From contig NC_043025.1 in assembly GCF_006345805.1 (NCBI RefSeq), positions 2,356,001 through 2,420,000 on the forward strand: a stretch of 64,000 bases of DNA, in the 5' to 3' direction. The position numbers and the translations under genes were made by a program. Below are positions 12,950-26,742 of this stretch, one piece after another. Source of the DNA: Octopus sinensis. Its lineage: Eukaryota. The notes below the pieces were generated by a model, which was not told where the DNA came from, did no database searches, and worked only from the letters and a program-made list of their open reading frames with translations. Every line of letters starts with the position of its first letter. Position 1 is the stretch's first letter.

Positions 12950-15900
12950 CTTTGTACTCCTATATTTTGAAATAATGTTTCTTTTTTTTATATTATCACT
13001 CGTTATCGGCTGATCAAAGATGGATATGATTATTCTAACAAACATCAAATATCTTTGTAACCAGAGATGTCGGCTTTCTACATTTATGCACTTCAGACCA
13101 CGTTGAAAAACAGTCCCCCACAACGAAGTGATATGAAACCTTAAGTGATTTTGGCCACGGGTGCCATTTCGTGACGGGTGTATTATGAGCTAGAGAACAG
13201 CGTATTGCATACTATCACTATATCTTCAATGTTACAGTCCGTTGTTGGCCAGTATACCTAACTTCTCATTAACGATTTCATTATTGAAATCCCTTTGACT
13301 CAATATGAAATTCCTTTAGTAATTGCTTTTGTAGTGTGGCTGGCACTACGACTCTTTGTGCATACATCAGCACATTGTCACACCTTGTGATAGGCTCGAA
13401 TATTTTTCATCTCTTTAACACTTCTGCATTTCTTTCATTTTTTAATGAATATATCGTTTCCCAATTGTAATTTTATCTCCTGTAACGTAAATAGCAGTTC
13501 ACGCATGGAGTTATACAGTTTGCTTTAAATTCCATTTTCCGCTCGCAAAGTAGCAATCACGGTATCTTCAAATGCTTCAGCATTTTCTGAAATCGGTCTT
13601 GATAAACAATTAGCGTGTCCTAATTTTTTAGATAGTATATACTCTATCTTAAATTCATAGCTTAATAATACAGTACCCCAGCGTTGCAGCCTATTAGCAG
13701 TACGGCTAGATATTTATTTCTTTTACTCATGTACTGATAATAACGGACGATGATCTGTCTGTATTCAAAAACTTCTGCCGTGTAAAAATCTATGCAATTT
13801 TTTACGGCAAAAATAATTAGAAGAGCCTCTTTTTTGATTTGGCTGTAATATTTTCTGCTGATATCAAGAACCACCGCCTTCATGTTACCATCTTTTTATT
13901 TATGTAGCATTACTGCGCCGATTCAGTATTCAGAGGCATCTGAAGTTACAACATTCTCCGCTACAGAATCGAAGCGTGCTAACAACAAATCAGATGTTAA
14001 TATTTTAAAATTTCGTCGAATTCCCTTTGACAATTTTCAGAGCAATTTCAATTGACATTTTTTAAATACATAATCTACTGTAACACTTACCCTATGCATA
14101 TTTAGAATATAATTTTGGTAATAATTAGCCTGTCTCCAAAGCAATCATGTAAGGTCGTCATATTTGTCGGAGGGGGCATGTATTTAATTGCGTCTGCCTT
14201 CAACGGATCTGGTCCTCGTCCATTTCTTTCAATTGTTTGTCCAATTTTATTTTCGGTCAGAAAAAAATCACGCTTTCTTTTTCAATTTAATCCCTAATTT
14301 TTTCGAACATATATATTATATGCTCTACATGTTGATCCCGTGATTCGCTTTTAATGAGTATATCATCCAGATATGAAAATGCAAATTCACTATCCGCTAA
14401 CACTGCAACTATAATATTTTGAAAAATCGCCTGTGTGACATAAAGGCATACAGTAACCTGTTGTATATATATATGTGCGTTAATTTTTAGGTATTTATAG
14501 CATTCACGTCTACTCTAATATGTAGGTACGCATCAGAGATATCCAATTAAGAAAATACCTTGCCACCGTCTAATTTTGCAAATATATCCCCCAGGGTAGG
14601 TAGCGGATATGGGAACATTTTAAGTCACTCTTTTAAACGAGTGGAAAAAATCAGCATACACTCTGATTTTGTTTATTTGTTTTTAACGCTGCAAAAGTTT
14701 CAGTTCGTTTATATTTAAATACAGGTTTGGCATTTACTTTTACTTGGAACTTCGTTTTCGTTGTGATGCTGAGATCTAATTTATCAGAGAGAACTTCAGG
14801 AAAAATCTTTCAAAATTATTTTTACAAATCGTCCGAAGTTTCATTTGTATTGGCAAGAAAACCATTCACATTTTTACTGAAAAGATTTATGGGGAGTTCC
14901 CATAAGTTAAGCAATTCTATTCAGTGTTCCGAATAAATTTGGGATATTATTCAACACAAAACCTTTGGTTTTTAAGGTTTTCCCACGAAATGGAACGTGA
15001 TTTATCATTACGCAATTAAAATGTAATTATTTTCCTGAAATACCACCTGCAATTTTCGAAATGTCTTTTAATCTAGGTCTTCTGTCCTTTTTCTATGTAT
15101 CTGTGTTAATTATCGAGATATCACTGCCCTTAACTAGTTGCAACTTTACGTCCACAAATTTCCTTTGAGGCTGTTCGTCTTTTGGTCTTCCAGGTTTGTT
15201 CTATAGTGTGAATTTTTATGATATCTCTTGCCACATCTGACGCCATTTATATTTTGAAATGGGCAGTGACTTTTAAAATTTATAATCCGTTACGGTGGAG
15301 ACACTGGAATATGAGAGCAATCTTTTTTTTAATTTTTTTCTGCGTCGTCTTTCCTGGCATTCTTCTGCTTCTGTCTGAAGAGTTAATTTTCGTCCTGTTC
15401 TAAATCATTTGATAAAATGTTAATAGTTTTTATTGTAACAAATCTCACCTGACTTCTTCGGCAGAATATAATTACTATATTTTTTGTATTTGGCAAGGGA
15501 TACCTTTCTTACAAGTAGTCGTACTATATTTCCCCTCAGATCAATTTTTATATTCTTGTTTGAGAATTTCTTCGTATCTTCGAAAATATTCAGAGAAGGT
15601 AATCCCTTCCTCTGGATTATACTACTTCAATAGAGATTGCTACGCTGTCTGGCAAGTTCACGCCTGAAGTATTTTTTATACTTCTTTAACATTAGTTCCA
15701 GCAACTATTGGTTTTGTTGTTGCTGTTATAGTTGCTCTTGTTGTTGTTACTATTGTTGTTGTTGCAACTGCACCACAGACGCAAATATGCCTTCTATCTT
15801 AAACGATTTTTCTTTGGTTTCATACCCATCCCAAACAAATTTAAACGTCCAACGCAAAGTTCGAAGAACTCTTCGCCACTTTTATTCCCTGATTTGGAAC

Positions 15901-16090
15901 ATATGATTTAAAGAATCAGGGGAAAGGAAGTGTTTACACGACGCGAATCGATTACCCACCGCTCTCTGTCAATGGCTCACAGTGAACTATTTACCAATTA
16001 ATTGATGAAGACTCGAGAGTTGTCTATTTAATAGGAATGTGTCAGTTCGCGATTAGTCAATTGGAAGGTGGTCGGAATCCTTCCACAACA
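12950..16090 (-). mobile_element. Degenerate Gypsy (Mag-like) LTR retrotransposon with putative 5' LTR (15882-16090) and PBS
   Basis: RT FAYLDDILI (~14350-14385); SDASEY (~13925-13945); RNase H YSQIKKEALLIIFAVK (13662-13883). PBS-like TGGCGAAGAG on the minus strand at 15869-15878. The LTR begins TGTTGT at 16090. No 3' LTR found. Confidence 0.85.
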
Positions 16091-16830
16091 ATACAGAAAC
16101 AATGTAGACCTCTTCTTTGCGGCACAGAGAGTTTCACACCAAATAACGTAAAGGAAGATATGCAGTTGTAATTGCTGATGTTTTTTTCGAAATGAAGCAG
16201 ACTCTTGGTAATTTTCTCAGACAAACGCTTCAATGTCTGAGGGCTTAGTTGCAGTGAATGAAAATTCACTTTATTATTGTGACAGAACAATGAAGTATTC
16301 ATATTTAAAGTTCAGTGTTCCACAATACTCGCAATATAAGTACATATCACCAATACGATATGTTCGTTTAGGATTATTGTGTCTGTTCAGTGGTAGTCCA
16401 TGTCTTCCTTCACGCTTTCGTTGCACCTGTTCATCTCGCAAACGTAACGCCTGTTCAGCATTCATACTTGCAACTCCATCTTGATGTCTCTCTGTTTGAC
16501 CTTGGAGACAAGCAGCCCTTTCCAAATCATCCATATTCTCCCTTCTCTGTTACATTACGCTTTTCTGTTGGTCCTGATACTGCGCACACTGCATATCATT
16601 CATGATTTCAATCTTTGTTGTTCCTTGTACTGTGTTTGTTCTTCCTCATCCTGTCTTCTACCTTGGTCTCGCATTCTCACTCACTACAATTGTGCCTTGC
16701 GTTGCTCTTCCTCTATTGCAGATCGTCTCATCTGTTGGTACCATTTGTCCCTTTCTCTGGATTCTTACCGCTGTTCTTCTCTTATCCGCTGCCTGTAGTG
16801 CCTAACCCTCTCGCGAGTAGCTTCTAATCT
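16091..16830 (-). mobile_element. Helitron Rep/Hel N-terminal fragment, cut by the Gypsy element
   Basis: IGDMYLYCEYCGTLNFKYE followed by CHNNKV...F..NI..YN..SFT, typical of the Helitron N-terminal zinc-finger-like region. Confidence 0.72.
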
Positions 16831-17039
16831 CCTTTATCCATTGTTCAGTCAAGTTTTGTAATTTGATTATTTCATAAGCACAGCATTGGAACGAGGACCA
16901 AATAGCCGTAAACTGCGAATTTCTATCTCGCCGTAGCAGAAGCACAACCAACGGCAGAATGTATGAGAAGCAGTAACAACATAAACCGGGATCTTGTAGA
17001 GATGGAATTTACTGTGTCCACCTCCATTTTAATTGAAAT

Positions 17040-17720
17040 ATATATATTTTAATTATAATGTATACATTTCTTAATTGTAATATATATATATATATATATG
17101 CGGCGTACATATGACACTGTAAATAAGTGTGAATATTTATGAGCATGTGTTAAGTGATAGGGGATATAAAATACTTAGTTCAATTCATAAGTTACTTTGC
17201 ATTATGCACTCATCATCACCATTTCCACCACAACCACTACCACCACTACCACCGTCTCTCACTCCCCCTTTCTCTCATTTTCTCAGTTTATATACCTATC
17301 TCTTTATCTACCTATCTGCCTTATTTTAATCTCACCATCAGAACATCACCGCTCTGCTAAAATTGTATTCGTAACCCTCCTCAATATCACGACCTTCAAC
17401 TAACTTTTTCATCACGTAATAAATATTACGTTCCCCCTACCACATGTCCTCTTCCTCTTTTTCTCCCTCGCTTTTTTCTCTCTCCCCTTTTCTCCCTCTC
17501 CCTCTCTTTCTGCCCCACTCTTCCACTTACTTTCGTTTTCTCATTCCTTTTTCTTTCTCTCGGTCTCTCATTCCATTCAACTAATCACTTGAAAGCATTA
17601 CAGTCACGTTCCTTCTACCTCAGGCCATGGACATTTCTCTTTCCCTCTTTTTCTCTAATCACGAGAAAGCGTTACCGACGGACTAATTAACATAATGACA
17701 AGCAGAATTATTATCAGATC
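17040..17720 (+). repeat. Duplicated intronic block, copy A, 5' part
   Basis: Aligns by eye with 49985-50160 plus 54430-54752 (e.g. ttaatctcaccatcagaac; gaaagcgttaccgacggactaattaacataatgacaagcagaattattat) and partly with 38200-38572. Confidence 0.88.
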
Positions 17721-18284
17721 AGAAATATTATATTTAAGTTTTCTTCATGACAGACTCCTTCGTTTCCTCCTTATTTTTTACATCATTCTTTTCTTCAGCT
17801 CCTACATTTTCTGCCACTTCTCTTATTGTTGTTTTAATGTTGTTGCTATTGTTGTTGCTAATCATCATTATCATCATCATCATCATCATCATCATCATAT
17901 TCTTCTTCTTATTCTTATTCTTCTCCTCCTCCTCCTCCTCCTCCTCCTACTACTACTACTACTACTACTAGCACTACCACTACTACTGCTGCTGCTGCTG
18001 CTTCATCGTTGTTTTCTTCTTCGGCTTATTCTTCATTATCAACTTTATCTTATGTTAGTCATCTTCTTCAAAATAAGATCACGATATGTCATCCAATGTC
18101 ATTTCCACAAACTAAAGGTCTCTCTTATCTTCTTTATTTATCCTCATTCTTCTACAATTCATATTGTCTTGCAATTTGTGTTTGCCTGTGTGTAAGAAAG
18201 TGGGAATATATGTGAGGGCTGGAAGTGAGTGTGTGCGTTCATACATCAGGGTTTGATAAGGTATATATAGGTGGATGTGTGTAT

Positions 18285-18360
<76 letters not shown>

Positions 18361-18363
18361 TTT

Positions 18364-18820
18364 TATTTAGGAATGGTCATTTTGCCAGTTTTGCCAATAA
18401 ATCACACGCACTATATATTTGGTGTTACTTTGCTTCAGTGTTATTTAATTTTTACATTAAGCTTAATGTTATTTCGGCCACAGTTCTTTCGAACATATAT
18501 AAACAGGAGATACAAATATTACAGGCACTTCCCCACACACACACATAGACCCATATATAGGTATACCAATGCGCAAATGAGACACATACAATAGAAATAC
18601 AAAATACGAAATGGCTGACCGTTAGTAAGGAGAGACACACAAATATGAAAGAAAAAAGCAAAGGACCACTGATGAGGTCACAGGAGTGTGACGAAAGAAC
18701 TCTGGCCGAAATAAGATTAAGATTAATTTAAAAGAGAAATAACGCTGAAGCAAAGTAACACCAAATATATAGTGCACGTGTTCTTATTGGTTAAACTGGC
18801 AAAATGACCATTCCTAAATA
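18364..18820. mobile_element. Short element with ~128-bp inverted repeats (18364-18491 / 18692-18820), Penelope-derived or MITE-like
   Basis: tatttaggaatggtcattttgccagttt... is mirrored by ...aaactggcaaaatgaccattcctaaata; contains a hammerhead core. Confidence 0.8.
18663..18707 (+). ncRNA. Minimal type I hammerhead ribozyme motif
   Basis: cca-CTGATGA-g-GTCAC(aggagt)GTGAC-GAAA-g(aa)c-TC-tgg: intact core and 5-bp stem II, but very weak stem III and short stem I. Confidence 0.6.
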
Positions 18821-18901
18821 CAACAATATCTGTTTTAACACACGATTTCACATCAAAATTCTTGCAAAACCAATACATAAACGTGTGTATATATATCTAT
18901 A

Positions 18902-18957
<56 letters not shown>

Positions 18958-19316
18958 TCTATGAATGTGCTGTCTCATCGACTCCGAAGGTAATTCTTTA
19001 TTTTGACTATTTATAGCCCAATTTTTCTGTACATTTTTGTGAATAAGTTGTGTAAGGCACCCAACTTTCATTTGAGTGCTTTTCCAAGGGAGGAATTCGC
19101 CCCTAGGGCAGTTTCGCCGCCACCTCATCCACTACCTCAACTACCAACAGCAACAACAATAACAATGACAGCAAAAATAAAAATTGCGCCACCATTTCGA
19201 CATCTGCTGCCTCGGCTGCCTCTTCTGCCACTGACACCACCACCAACAACAAAAACAACAATAACAACAACAACAATTCCGTTCAGACCTGTTTTACTCC
19301 AACAACAAGAACTGAA

Positions 19317-21073
19317 GTGAATAAACAAACATCTGTAGCTACCAAACAAATTGACAAAAGCTGCTTGAGTACAGGAATAAATTACAAAAATAATTTTCCA
19401 CCCCTTCCTACTTGCACAATCGAACCAAAGACACCAATTTTACAAACTGCAGCCAACAACAACATCACCACAAGCAACAACAATAACAAAACAACAACAA
19501 ATTTCGCTGAGGCGATTAAAGAAAAAAAAACAACAATATATTTTACGGCTCAACAAATACAGGACACGAACATTAAAATAACAGAATCAGATGGTATAGT
19601 GAAGATAAACATACCAGAAGACATTTTGGAAGATGAAAAAAGACGAACAATCATTTATAAAATAGTAAACAAGAAAACAAAAAGCCCAGAGAAGGCTAAC
19701 ACAAGCAAAATAGAGAAGTGCTTGAAACCCATCTGGAATCACAAAGAATATGTAACCTGGTGGAACAAATTTGCCCACATAGAAGTTGTTTTCTACACCG
19801 AAGAGTTAGCTAGACGTTTCTCAACGCTAACTCTTCACTCAGATGAACTCCAACTTACACCAAGCTATCGGGGACAGAAGGTGACTAAGATCACTTTAAA
19901 CAATGTCCCCAAAATAGCCAATAATCTATGGCTTGTAAAGGCCTTATGCGTAAAAATGACGAATTTTACTATTTTGGAAACCACGGTCACAGAGCACAAA
20001 AACTGGGTGGGAAAAAAAGTAGAATTTCTTCTACATATACATCATGAAGATATAAAAAATATACCCACCCAGATATGTGTATCAGACGACCACAAGTTAT
20101 ATGTGGTCGTCGATGGCAGAAGACCACGTTGCTACATATGCGGCAGTGAGCAACACCTAAAAAAGACTGCAAATCTGCCGCAAGAAAACAACAGCAACAA
20201 CAACAGCAGCCGGAAACAAAAACAAATAAACAAGGTTTACTACCCACACCACTTTTTGCAGGAACAAACCTCACCAAACAAACAACCACACCAACTGCAG
20301 CACGAAGAACAGAAGCAGCATCACCAACAACAACAACCAAGAATATACCAACTCCCAAACCAAGGACATCTGCCAAAAAGACACCCAGCAAAAATGAAGA
20401 AACAATTACAACTCCAAATCCCCACACAATTGAGACCCCAAACAACACAACAATACCTACAATCACTCAAACACAAAATACCCACACCCCACCTCCAAAA
20501 CCGCATACACCACAACCAAACGCTCACCAACCAACACCAACAACAAAATCAACACAGTCGACAATAGACCCCAATATTTTCCCTCTTCCAGGCTCCGATT
20601 CGTCTGATTTGTCATTAGACGAAGAAGACACGGAAGATTGGCAAATAACCACAGGGGGGAGAAGAAAGAGGGGAAAAAAAAGAAAAGAAAAAATAACAAA
20701 CAAAGCGGGAAGATACACCACTCCCGAAACAAAAACATCCACAGAAAACACACACATCAACACAAACACACCATCATCAAACGCCCCAACAATGTTGACA
20801 GCCATAAACACAAACAACCACGACCTAATGGAACACATTAGGTCAAACACTAACATTACTGAAAACGACATAAAAACAAGTAACCACCCACACACAACAC
20901 CACCACAACACATTAAAATAATACACGTGACACAGAACACATACAGCACCCTGAAATCTCTTTACCCTGATGCAGTAGGGAGATTTCAAAAGTACTCATC
21001 GAAAAAACTGTACAAAAGCCTCATAGAAGAAGACCGTGAGGTGAAAGACAAAGAACTTTCGAAAAACAAGTAA
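19317..21073 (+). pseudogene. LINE ORF1 (gag-like, CCHC knuckle), frameshifted
   Basis: RCYICGSEQHLKK then a frameshift in an A-run at ~20160 (one more A would give KDC); Q/T/N-rich C-terminus ending at 21073, just before ORF2. Confidence 0.82.
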
Positions 21074-21115
21074 CCTTTTCTCTCTCTCTTTCCTTTTTTG
21101 CACTTTTATCGGAAC

Positions 21116-24100
21116 ATGCTCAGAATAGGTAGTATAAATGTACGTGGCTTGGGGTCGCCTTGGAAACAAGGCTACCTGTTAAATGACATCAAGTCACTAA
21201 ATCTGAATATCATAGCCATCAGTGAGACCAGACTCCACAGCTTGCGGGCACTCCAGCACATTTTCGGTACACATTTCAACATTTATTTTTCTCCGTGTCT
21301 ACCGAGAATAGGCGGAGGTGGCACCGCGGTGCTTATCCGGAAGAGTCTGGATCTCAAAGTAAGAGCAACTTTCCTAGACCCGGAGGGTAGGTTGGTCGTT
21401 TTGGATGTCGATGGCAGCAATGAGTGTGCTTTTCGACTGATAGCAGTTTATGCTCCGTCCTTGACAGGCCGACCAGATTTCTTTCGACGTCTAGAGTCTT
21501 TCATGGGAACGTCTCGTCCTTTACTTTTAGTGGGGGATTGGAATGCCACCCTCGACACGCATCTAGACTACGTGGGCAGAGATAGCAATAGAAGGGGATG
21601 CAAATGCCTCAAAGACCTGCTCAGACGTTTCCAAATGTCTGACAGGTACCGACTGGACCACCCGAATGTGCCAATGTGGACATGGAGTAACCGCATCGGG
21701 TCGTCCAGATCATACTTAGATAGAGTATTCTGTAGGACAATAGATAAAAATAGTGTAGGTTGTCCACAATTTCATATAGTCAGTTACACAGATCACAAGT
21801 TTGTGACTTGTACACTTGACTTAGATAAGACACATAGGCAGGGTCCTGGTTACTGGAAACTGAACGCGTCTTTTACAGCACGACAGGTTTACAGGGACCG
21901 GATCAGCACATTAGTTAAGAGAGCTTTGACGGGTACCATCATCAACAACAGATGGTGGTATGCCCTAAAAAAAGCAATTAAAGCAGAATCAGTCAGATAC
22001 AGTAGAGCCCTAGCATTAGACCGAAATAGAATAGAGGGAGACTTAGTTAAGGTTTTAGAAGAGGCACTTAGAACTGACATCGCGTCCAACGTGCTGGCGG
22101 CGAGATTGGCCCTCGACCAACACCTCAACGCCAAACACGAAGGATGCGTTGTCAGAGCTAGGATGCGTGCTCTGAGGAACGAAGGAGTTGGAGCCGCCCA
22201 AGAGGCCCGAGTGGTGGAGACGCAACGAGGCAACAGAGCCACCACCAAGTCTCTTATAGATGAACAGGGGTGCGAATTGCTCGAGCCTAAAAGGATGTGT
22301 GGGGCTTTTCAACAACACTTCACCCAACTGTTTGGGACAAGTGGTGAGTCAGAACGCAGAGTGGACTTTAGTGCCTACCTGCATGCCTTGCCACGACTCT
22401 CAGCAAGAGAGGTGGAGTCTTGTGAAAAGCCTATCACAGCTGCGGACGTACAGGATGCGATGGTAGGCTGCGCGAGAGACAAGTCACCAGGCTTGGATGG
22501 TCTGCCCTACGAACTTTATTTTCATATGCCAGACTTGTTTGGAGGCGTCTTGGCAGCTGTCTACTGCAACTGGCAGCAGCAGAACGGGAGTATTCCTGCT
22601 TTTGTAAAGCGAGGAGCAGTGGCACTGATCAAGAAAGACCCAAACAAGGGGGACGTCATAGATAATTTCAGGCCCATCACTCTGCTCAACGCAGATTTGA
22701 AAATTTTGGCCAAGGTGTTAGCCGAGAGGTTGCCGCTTGTCATCAAGAAACTAATCGACAAGGCGCAAACATGCGCCGTGCCGGGTAGAAGTATTCATGA
22801 CAACCTCCATCTGATGCGCTACATCATAGACAGGGTAGTTAAAAATCCTGGCATGGGTGGGGCGCTGATCAATTTGGATCAATCAAAAGCCTTCGATAGG
22901 GTAGACTATCACTACTTGGAGGCTGTCCTTAAAGCGGCTGGTTTCGGACAGTTTTCCGCGGTTGGATCGCTGCCTTATACAGCGGCATCCGCTCAGTAGT
23001 TCGCGTAAATGGTCATCTATCCAGACCTTTTAACATCATGCGTTCGGTTCGTCAGGGACGCCCCCTCTCATCGCTGCTGTATGTACTGACTCTTGAGCCA
23101 CTACTGCGGAAACTGGCGACGCTGAGGGGCATCCCACGAGAGCTGGGATGCGGGAGGAGGGTGTCTGCATACGCGGATGACGTCACCGTCATAGTGTCGA
23201 GCTACGAGCACATCGAGCTGGTCGGCGAGACACTAAAAGAATACGAAGCGGTAACGGGAGCAAAAATTTACCGGGAAAAGTCAGTGGCTCGGCACCTGGA
23301 GAAGCAAGCCCATGCCGTCCAACAGCGTCTCCATCGTGGGACGCTGGACGGACGGACCGGTTAAATTTCTCGGGGTCTGGTTCGGTCCGGACCTCCAAAT
23401 GGAGAAGAACTGGCGCGAGATAACGACTAGGGTGGCTACTCTCACCCAGAAATGGGCTGAGAGAAAGCTATCCCTAAAAGGTCGGGCGGAGGTGGCGAAC
23501 GCGTACATCGCATCCGTCATCGAGTATCGTCTGACCGTCGTGCCTTGTCCCGACCCTACCATCACCAAACTGGAACGTATACTCTTTCGCTTCTTGTGGA
23601 AGGGAAACGTTCCGATGGTTAGGCGATCCATTTGCTGCCAACACCCGCTAAATGGAGGGCTGGGCATGCCGTGGTTGATGATGCGCAGACATGCGCTGAG
23701 ACTGCGACATCTCCGGCGCTTCATAGACAACGATGAACAGGTGTGGTCGCCTTTTGTGCGGCGCGCTTTCCCGCAGCTCGTCTCCTTGGACGAACTACAG
23801 TCATGGATCAAGCAGAGACCGAGGCTAGGCGAATGGCACCGTGAGTGTCGCGTTGCTCTCAAGCAACTCTGCCGTCCGGGATCGAACTTGTGCGACTCCA
23901 GCACAACAAAGGCATTCTATAGCGGATTAGTGGAGGGGAGGTGCGACGACGAACTCGGGCAGAGTCTGGGCGTCGACGAGGAACACCTGACCCGCCTGTT
24001 CAGGACAACTTTCGGGCCGGGACCTAGGAACAATCACCAAAGATCCCTGGCCTGGCAGTGCTATCGAGAAGCATTACCTGTTCGGGATAAGCTCTACAGA

Positions 24101-24541
24101 CACAGTTCCAGACACACTGGACTGACTTGCCCGAGATGCGGTCAGAGCGACGAGACCGTTCTGCACGCACTCGTGCAATGTCCAACCATTTCCGACCTGT
24201 GGGCTTATGCCGAACGGCTGCTGTCACGTGTGGGACGAATCCGCCTATCGGCCGAGTCTATCGTGGGAGTTGCTCCGCCCCTTCCCTCAACCGGGAAGGC
24301 AAGGCAGTTTTCATCGTACTGGTGGCCATGGTAAAAGAATGTGTGTGGTGGACTCGAGCGAAAGGATTAGAGACAAACACTCTCTGGCCAATCGCTCATC
24401 AACTTTTTCAAGTACCACTTGAAAAGGAAGGTGAGAATGGAGAGGGAAGTTTTGTCTCGCGAAAGATTCAAAAAAAGATGGGTGAATGTTGCAAAGATGG
24501 TGCGTGCTAGTAACGAAACCATTTTGAGCATGATCCTGTAG
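21116..24541 (+). pseudogene. LINE ORF2: AP endonuclease, reverse transcriptase and zinc finger, with about 3-4 frameshifts
   Basis: APE motifs SINVRGL, ISET, VYAP, GDWNA, SYLDR, TDH; RT motifs KSPGLDGL, RPITLLNAD, DQSKAFD, AYADD; CPRCGQSDETVLHALVQC. Confidence 0.95.
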
Positions 24542-24831
24542 ATCGTAAAAAAGAAAGAGAGCATTTTGATCTCATGTGGTTATTTCCTCCCTGACTGGGG
24601 TTCACGTGGTCTTTTCTGTAGGCTTTTCTTCCCACGGATGAACCCAATCTTGTTATATCAATGTTTATATCATTATTTCTGTGATACACGATTTCCTTTT
24701 TTTTCCTTTTTTTTCCTCCTCTCGATCCCTTTTGATCGCAATCTTACATTTATTTTCTTTTTTTTCCACCCTCGAAAAGAAAAGCTCTGCATTTGTATTT
24801 GTCCCCTCTGTATTCAGCTAATAAAAGAAAG

Positions 24832-24879
<48 letters not shown>

Positions 24880-24898
24880 ATATATATATATATATATA

Positions 24899-24945
<47 letters not shown>

Positions 24946-24948
<3 letters not shown>

Positions 24949-25770
24949 ATGACAATCCCTCAAGGTCGAGGATGATGGTCTTCGCGCAAATTTACTGGTG
25001 AGTCCGTAGGTGACCGATAAGACCAATTCTTGCTGGAAATGATCGGTCGCAGTGCGGACATCTAGTGCCGGAAGGGAAAGTCGCACGTGGTTGTTGTTGG
25101 CGCTCCTTCCGTCGGCGTCTTTTCTCCTCCTGCTCTGCAGATATTTTCGACTCGAAAGTCGCCGTTCCCTCATGGATGTTTTTTGCCGTTTCCTCCCAGT
25201 TAGTGAATTCGATGTCACACTTTTTGAGGTTCGTTTTCAGGAAGTCCTTGTAGCGTTTCTTCTGGCCTCCTTTTGTATGCTTGCCGTCTTTGAGTTGGGA
25301 GTAGAAGATCTCTTTGGGTAGTCGTTCGTCAGTCATTCTAACCACGTGACCGCTCCATCTTAGTTGGCCTTTGATGACATAGGCTTCGATGCGGGTCATT
25401 TTTGCTTCTTGTAGCACGCTGACGTTTGTTCTTCTGTCTTCCCAGTTGATGTTAAGGATCTTCGGAAGACAGCGTTGGTGAAATTTCTCGAGCGTTTTCA
25501 GGTGGTGACTATACGGGGTCCAGGTTTCGGATGCTTAAAAGATGGTTGGAATAATGACTGCCCTGTACACAATGAGTTTGGTTTCGGTTCGGATGTCCCG
25601 ATCAGCAAAAACTCTTGTTCGAAGCTTGCCGAAAGCTGTTCCTGCAGACTTCAGACGGTGTTGGATTTCATCGGTGAGGTCTGCCTTTGATGACAGATGG
25701 CTCCCAAGGTAGCAGAAATGGTTCACATTTTCCAGTGGAATTCGTTCGAGTTGAATCGATGTCGGGTTGT
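24946..25770 (-). mobile_element. 5'-truncated RTE-clade LINE (3' end of ORF)
   Basis: FCYLGS, AFGKLR, QLRWSGHVVRM.DERLPK, and C-terminal CPHCDRSF...GHLRTH. Confidence 0.92.
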
Positions 25771-26670
25771 GAATATATAGATATATATATATATACATAC
25801 ATATATGTTTGTGTTTGATGTGTGACTACAGTATTTGTATTTATATTCTTTTATTCCCACTTGTTTCCCCATTCTGATATTCCACGTTATTTTTCTTGTC
25901 TTAATATATCTTCTTTTCCTGCATTTATCGTCTTCATCACCATTTTTCTCTACATTCATCTTGTTCATCATTTTCTGGTTCTTCTGCTTTTAATCAACTG
26001 CTTTCTCCTCTCTTCATGAATCATTTTAGCTTCTTCTTCTTCTTCTTCTTCTTATTCTCCTTCTATTTCTCTATATTTATCCGTTCTATCATTTATTTTC
26101 CTTCACCTTTTTCGTTAATCTTATCAATTTCTGATTTTTCATCACATCTTTCATCATCATCATCGTCACGATCGTCACCATCGTCATCGTCACCATCATC
26201 GTCGTCATCATAATCATCATCATCATCATCATCATCACCATCATCAGTATCATCTTCAGCGCTATCATATTCATAGTCCTTCTGCTAATCATATATTCGT
26301 ATTCGCTAATCGTTATAATTTATCTTGTCATCATAACTATTTCCTTCCCTCATTTACTCTGCTATTTCTAGCATGCACAATCATCATCACCTTCGTTATG
26401 AACATCGTAATAATCAACGTCGTCATCACCAATTAATCGGAAGCGTTTGTCATCGTTTTCGATAATAATCATTATCATATTTCCTTCTCACCGTCATTAT
26501 TACAACACTTACGATCAACATTGCAATCCTCCTTCTCATCATCATCATCATCAACATCATTTCGGCCATTCTCTCTTTCACCGTCCTCTTTTTATTAATA
26601 TGATTCTAAAGATACAAGATTTAATATTCTTTTTAATACATTTTCTTTTGAACTGTGTTTTATATTTCAG

Positions 26671-26742
26671 AGACCTCAGTTGGAATGAGATCGCAACCAT
26701 CTCACAAGGAGCTTTTCAAAACGTTCCAAGTTTAAGGAAGAT
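26671..26742 (+). CDS. 72-bp internal exon encoding one leucine-rich repeat (DLSWNEIATISQGAFQNVPSLRK); host is an LRR protein, possibly an LGR/GRL101-type GPCR
   Basis: Polypyrimidine tract plus tttcag acceptor, gtaagt donor, phase 2-2, 24 codons matching LxLxxNxIxxIxxxAFxxLxxL. Confidence 0.9.

Larger units (their letters stand above)
18952..24835 (+). mobile_element. Near full-length Tx1/L1-clade non-LTR retrotransposon (ORF1 + ORF2)
   Basis: 5' UTR, ORF1 with zinc knuckle, ORF2 with APE, RT and C-terminal zinc finger, and 3' UTR ending aataaaagaaag followed by (TATC)n; (TA)n on the 5' side. Confidence 0.95.
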
